Origin: Eledone cirrhosa
Lineage: Eukaryota
DNA: 64,000 bases
NCBI GenBank assembly: GCA_964016885.1
Contig: OZ024761.1
Location: 4,340,001-4,404,000, forward strand
Reading direction: 5' to 3'
Position numbers and translations under genes: made by a program. Shown piece by piece: positions 60,201 to 64,000 of this stretch (its first letter is position 1; every line of letters starts with the position of its first letter). Under the pieces are notes generated by a model. It did not search any database, was not told where the DNA came from, and saw only the letters and a list, made by a program, of their open reading frames with translations.

Positions 60201-62257
60201 GTTGACTGCTGTGTATATTTTACACAGCTACAGTTGCTGTGTTGACTACTGTGTATATTTTACACAGCTACAGTTGCTGTGTTGACTACTGTGTATATTT
60301 TAAACAGCTACAGTTGCTGTGTTGACTACTGTGTATATTTTACACAGCTACAGTTGCTGTGTTGACTACTGTGTATATTTTACACAGCTACAGTTGCTGT
60401 GTTGACTACTGTGTATATTTTACACAGCTACAGTTGCTGTGTTGACTACTGTGTATATTTTACACAGCTACAGTTGCTGTGATGACTGCTGTGTATATTT
60501 TACACAGCTACAGTTGCTGTGTTGACTGCTGTGTATATTTTACACAGCTACAGTTGCTGTGTTGACTGCTGTGTATATTTTACACAGCTACAGTTGCTGT
60601 GTTGACTACTGTGTATATTTTACACAGCTACAGTTGCTGTATTGACTACTGTGTATATTTGACACAGCTACAGTTGCTGTGTTGACTACTGTGTATATTT
60701 TACACAGCTACAGTTGCTGTGTTGACTACTGTGTATATTTTACACAGCTACAGTTGCTGTGTTGACTGCTGTGTATATTTTACACAGCTACAGTTGCTGT
60801 GTTGACTACTGTGTATATTTTACACAGCTACAGTTGCTGTGTTGACTACTGTGTATATTTTACACAGCTACAGTTGCTGTGTTGACTACTGTGTATATTT
60901 TACACAGCTACAGTTGCTGTGTTGACTGCTGTGTATATTTTACACAACTACAGTTGCTGTGTTGACTACTGTGTATATTTTACACAGCTACAGTTGCTGT
61001 GTTGACTACTGTGTATATTTTACACAGCTACAGTTGCTGTGTTGACTGCTGTGTATATTTTACACAGCTACAGTTGCTGTGTTGACTGCTGTGTATATTT
61101 TACACAGCTACAGTTGCTGTGTTGACGGCTGTGTATATTTTACACAGCTACAGTTGCTGTGTATATTTTACACAGCTACAGTTGCTGTGTTGACTGCTGT
61201 GTATATTTTACACAGCTACAGTTGCTGTGTTGACGGCTGTGTATATTTTACACAGCTACAGTTGCTGTGTTGACTGCTGTGTATATTTTACACAGCTACA
61301 GTTGCTGTGTTGACGGCTGTGTATATTTTACACAGCTACAGTTGCTGTGTATATTTTACACAGCTACAGTTGCTGTGTTGACTGCTGTGTATATTTTACA
61401 CAGCTACAGTTGCTGTGTTGACGGCTGTGTATATTTTACACAGCTACAGTTGCTGTGTTGACTGCTGTGTATATTTTACACAGCTACAGTTGCTGTGTTG
61501 ACGGCTGTGTATATTTTACACAGCTACAGTTGCTGTGTATATTTTACACAGCTACAGTTGCTGTGTTGACTGCTGTGTATATTTTACACGGCTACAGTTG
61601 CTGTGTATATTTTACACAGCTTTAGTTGCTGTGCTGTTGTTTTTTATTTTTTTTTTGGTAAAATACTATTTTTTAAACAAACATTTATTAACAACACATA
61701 TCTGAATGATTGACAAACGTCACATCAATAAACTAGTAGCCCCATCTAGCTTTGAAGTTATGAACTGTTGGAAAGGAGTTCATAACTTTGAAGTTATGAA
61801 CTGTTGAAAAGGAGTTCATAACTTTGAAGTTATGAACTGTTGGGAATGAGTTCATAACTTTGAAGTTATGAACTGTTGGGAATGAGTTCATAACTTTGAA
61901 GTTATGAACTGTTGGAAAGGAGTTCATAGCTTTGAAGTTATGAACTGTTGGAAATGAGTTCAAACATGTTAGGACAAGATATCTCGGCCACTAGAATGCA
62001 TCCATGTTAGGACGAGTTATCTATGGTACTGAAGAGGTTAAATAAAGTAATTTGTTTAAGAGATAGAGACAAATCAATATTTACTTTCATAGTCTGATAG
62101 AGCTGGGAATTCATAGATATGTTCGCAAGTGTTTACACTGCTAGGAATGCAGAAGCCAAAATGGAAATCAAAACTTTTCAGAAGTTTTTCACGGAAATAG
62201 TGACGTTCAATCATTCGGAAATCTTTGACTGGTTTGTTACCAACAACAAATTCTACA
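54124..62257 (-). CDS. UNC119: Protein unc-119 homolog, last two coding exons complement(join(54124..54254,62085..62257)); 5' exons not found in the window, presumably beyond it
   Basis: [92 protein letters not shown] matches the conserved UNC119 C-terminus; phases join. Confidence 0.96.
54765..57258. repeat. ~65-bp minisatellite with internal palindromes, in the UNC119 intron
   Basis: Unit ctgacctcctccctactagcaagggtttgacatgtctacaccatgtcagtactgaaggggtgcta. Confidence 0.97.
57397..61630. repeat. 40-bp minisatellite with 1936-bp higher-order duplication
   Basis: Unit attttacacagctacagttgctgtgttgactrctgtgtat; rare variants recur at +1936 (58361/60297, 58545/60481). Confidence 0.97.
61747..61962. 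repeat. 36-bp tandem repeat with a 12-bp perfect hairpin
   Basis: agttcataactt-tg-aagttatgaact, about 6 units. Confidence 0.9.
62085..62257 (-). CDS. UNC119: UNC119 penultimate coding exon
   Basis: ttcttccAG acceptor and A|GTAAAT donor on minus. Confidence 0.95.
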
Positions 62258-62415
62258 CTGGAAGAAAAAAACAGGAAAATAAATGGAGGGAAATGACTCA
62301 GTATTTTTCTAATGCTAAAATTTCTTTCCATATGCTGACGTATATATGTGTGTGTGTAAGTGCAAGAACTGCAGGAGCTGGTGCAATAATATGTGCAAGA
62401 AGAAGTAGGAACCTT

Positions 62416-63430
62416 GTAACTCTTTACCATTTACATTACTCTATATATACTATTGTATTTTCACAGTAAAGGCTTTACCTCACATAATATCTCACAACAT
62501 TTACATTACTCTATATATACTATTGTATTTTCACAGTAAAGGCTTTACCTCACATAATATCTCACAACATTTACATTACTCTATATATACTATTGTATTT
62601 TCGCAGTAAAGGCTTTACCTCACATAATATCTCACAACATTTACATTACTCTATATATACTATTGTATTTTCACAGTAAAGGCTTTACCTCACATAATAT
62701 CTCACAACATTTACATTACTCTATATATACTATTGTATTTTCGCAGTAAAGGCTTTACCTCACATAATATCTCACAACATTTACATTACTCTATATATAC
62801 TATTGTATTTTCACAGTAAAGGCTTTACCTCACATAATATCTCACAACATTTACATTACTCTATATATACTATTGTATTTTCACAGTAAAGGCTTTACCT
62901 CACATATCTCACAACATTTACATTACTCTATATATACTATTGTATTTTCACAGTAAAGGCTTTACCTCACATAATATCTCACAACATTTACATTACTCTA
63001 TATATACTATTGTATTTTCGCAGTAAAGGCTTTACCTCACATAATATCTCACAACATTTACATTACTCTATATATACTATTGTATTTTCACAGTAAAGGC
63101 TTTACCTCACATAATATCTCACAACATTTACATTACTCTATATATACTATTGTATTTTCACAGTAAAGGCTTTACCTCACATAATATCTCACAACATTTA
63201 CATTACTCTATATATACTATTGTATTTTCACAGTAAAGGCTTTACCTCACATAATATCTCACAACATTTACATTACTCTATATATACTATTATATTTTCA
63301 CAGTAATATCGAATCTGAGATTTTGATATTTATTTTGAGAACAATACCTTAACATCAGTATGAGTGGCCAGTTACAGCCAGTTTGAACAGAAAGAGGTGA
63401 GATAATTCTGGGCGAATATGGCTGGTTTTT
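62416..63430 (+). mobile_element. piggyBac-like MITE with homogenised ~67-bp array, degraded termini
   Basis: Same array unit and arm (ttttgagaacaataccttaacatcagtatgagtggcc) as other copies. Confidence 0.8.
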
Positions 63431-64000
63431 TTTTTTATAAAACTATAATGGAAGACTAAGATAAATATAAAAACTTTAATATTTTGTATTATTGAACCAA
63501 GGGTTTCAAGGAACCGAAGAGTTAATGATCCACATATTCTTCTCCCCTGATATACAGGCTTCCTAGGCTGTGATTTAAAGATGAGATGTGGCTGCTATTT
63601 CTAGCAGTAAGTTAAATAACGGCCTAGGATGTGATTTGAGGATGAGATTTGACTGCTATTTCTAGCAGTAAGTTAAATAACCACCTTGATACCTCACTAG
63701 GGTGTGATTTGAGGAGGAGATTTGACTGCTATTTCTAGCAGACGAAGTTGAGTGACCACATAGAATATAGGTTGCTAATAGCAACAAAGTGTTTGTTTAA
63801 ATCATTGGAGCACTTAGCAACAGTAGGGATGACATGAGAGAGAGAGAGTGTATGTGTGTGAGAGTGTGTGTGATGGTGGTGGTGGTGGTGTGGTAAATGG
63901 ACACACACACACACTACATGGTAATATAGACACACACACTACATGGTGATATATAGACATACACACACACCACATGGTAATATATAGACATACACACACA

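Noticed and set aside
61747-61962. CRISPR-like palindromic 36-bp repeats (also 54765-57258)
   Set aside because: No unique spacers, no cas genes, eukaryotic intron; plain minisatellites

Overview
Repeat-rich animal genomic DNA, most likely an octopod cephalopod (inferred from the SINE/LINE families, not proven). I reconstructed three spliced host genes by hand, checking GT-AG boundaries and phases. (1) An uncharacterised 183-aa gene (+, 7076-9400, 3 coding exons) preceded by two RFX X-box-like motifs. (2) A complete 7-exon, 205-aa CDP-alcohol phosphatidyltransferase (PI-synthase/CDIPT-like; +, 10913-37787). (3) The last two coding exons of UNC119 (-, 62257-54124). The rest is decayed LINEs (RTE with an internal PHD-like finger, BovB-type RTE, CRE, R4/Dong, R2-like), a DD37D maT transposon, SINEs, TTAA-flanked MITEs carrying tandem arrays, and many mini/microsatellites. 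The most unusual signal is non-coding: nine type-I hammerhead-ribozyme folds in short, mostly (TA)n-flanked elements with inverted or tandem repeats. They include core variants and a 195-bp tandem pair with retrozyme-like architecture, and point to a non-autonomous Penelope-like/retrozyme system. All folds were paired by eye; no activity or expression is shown.
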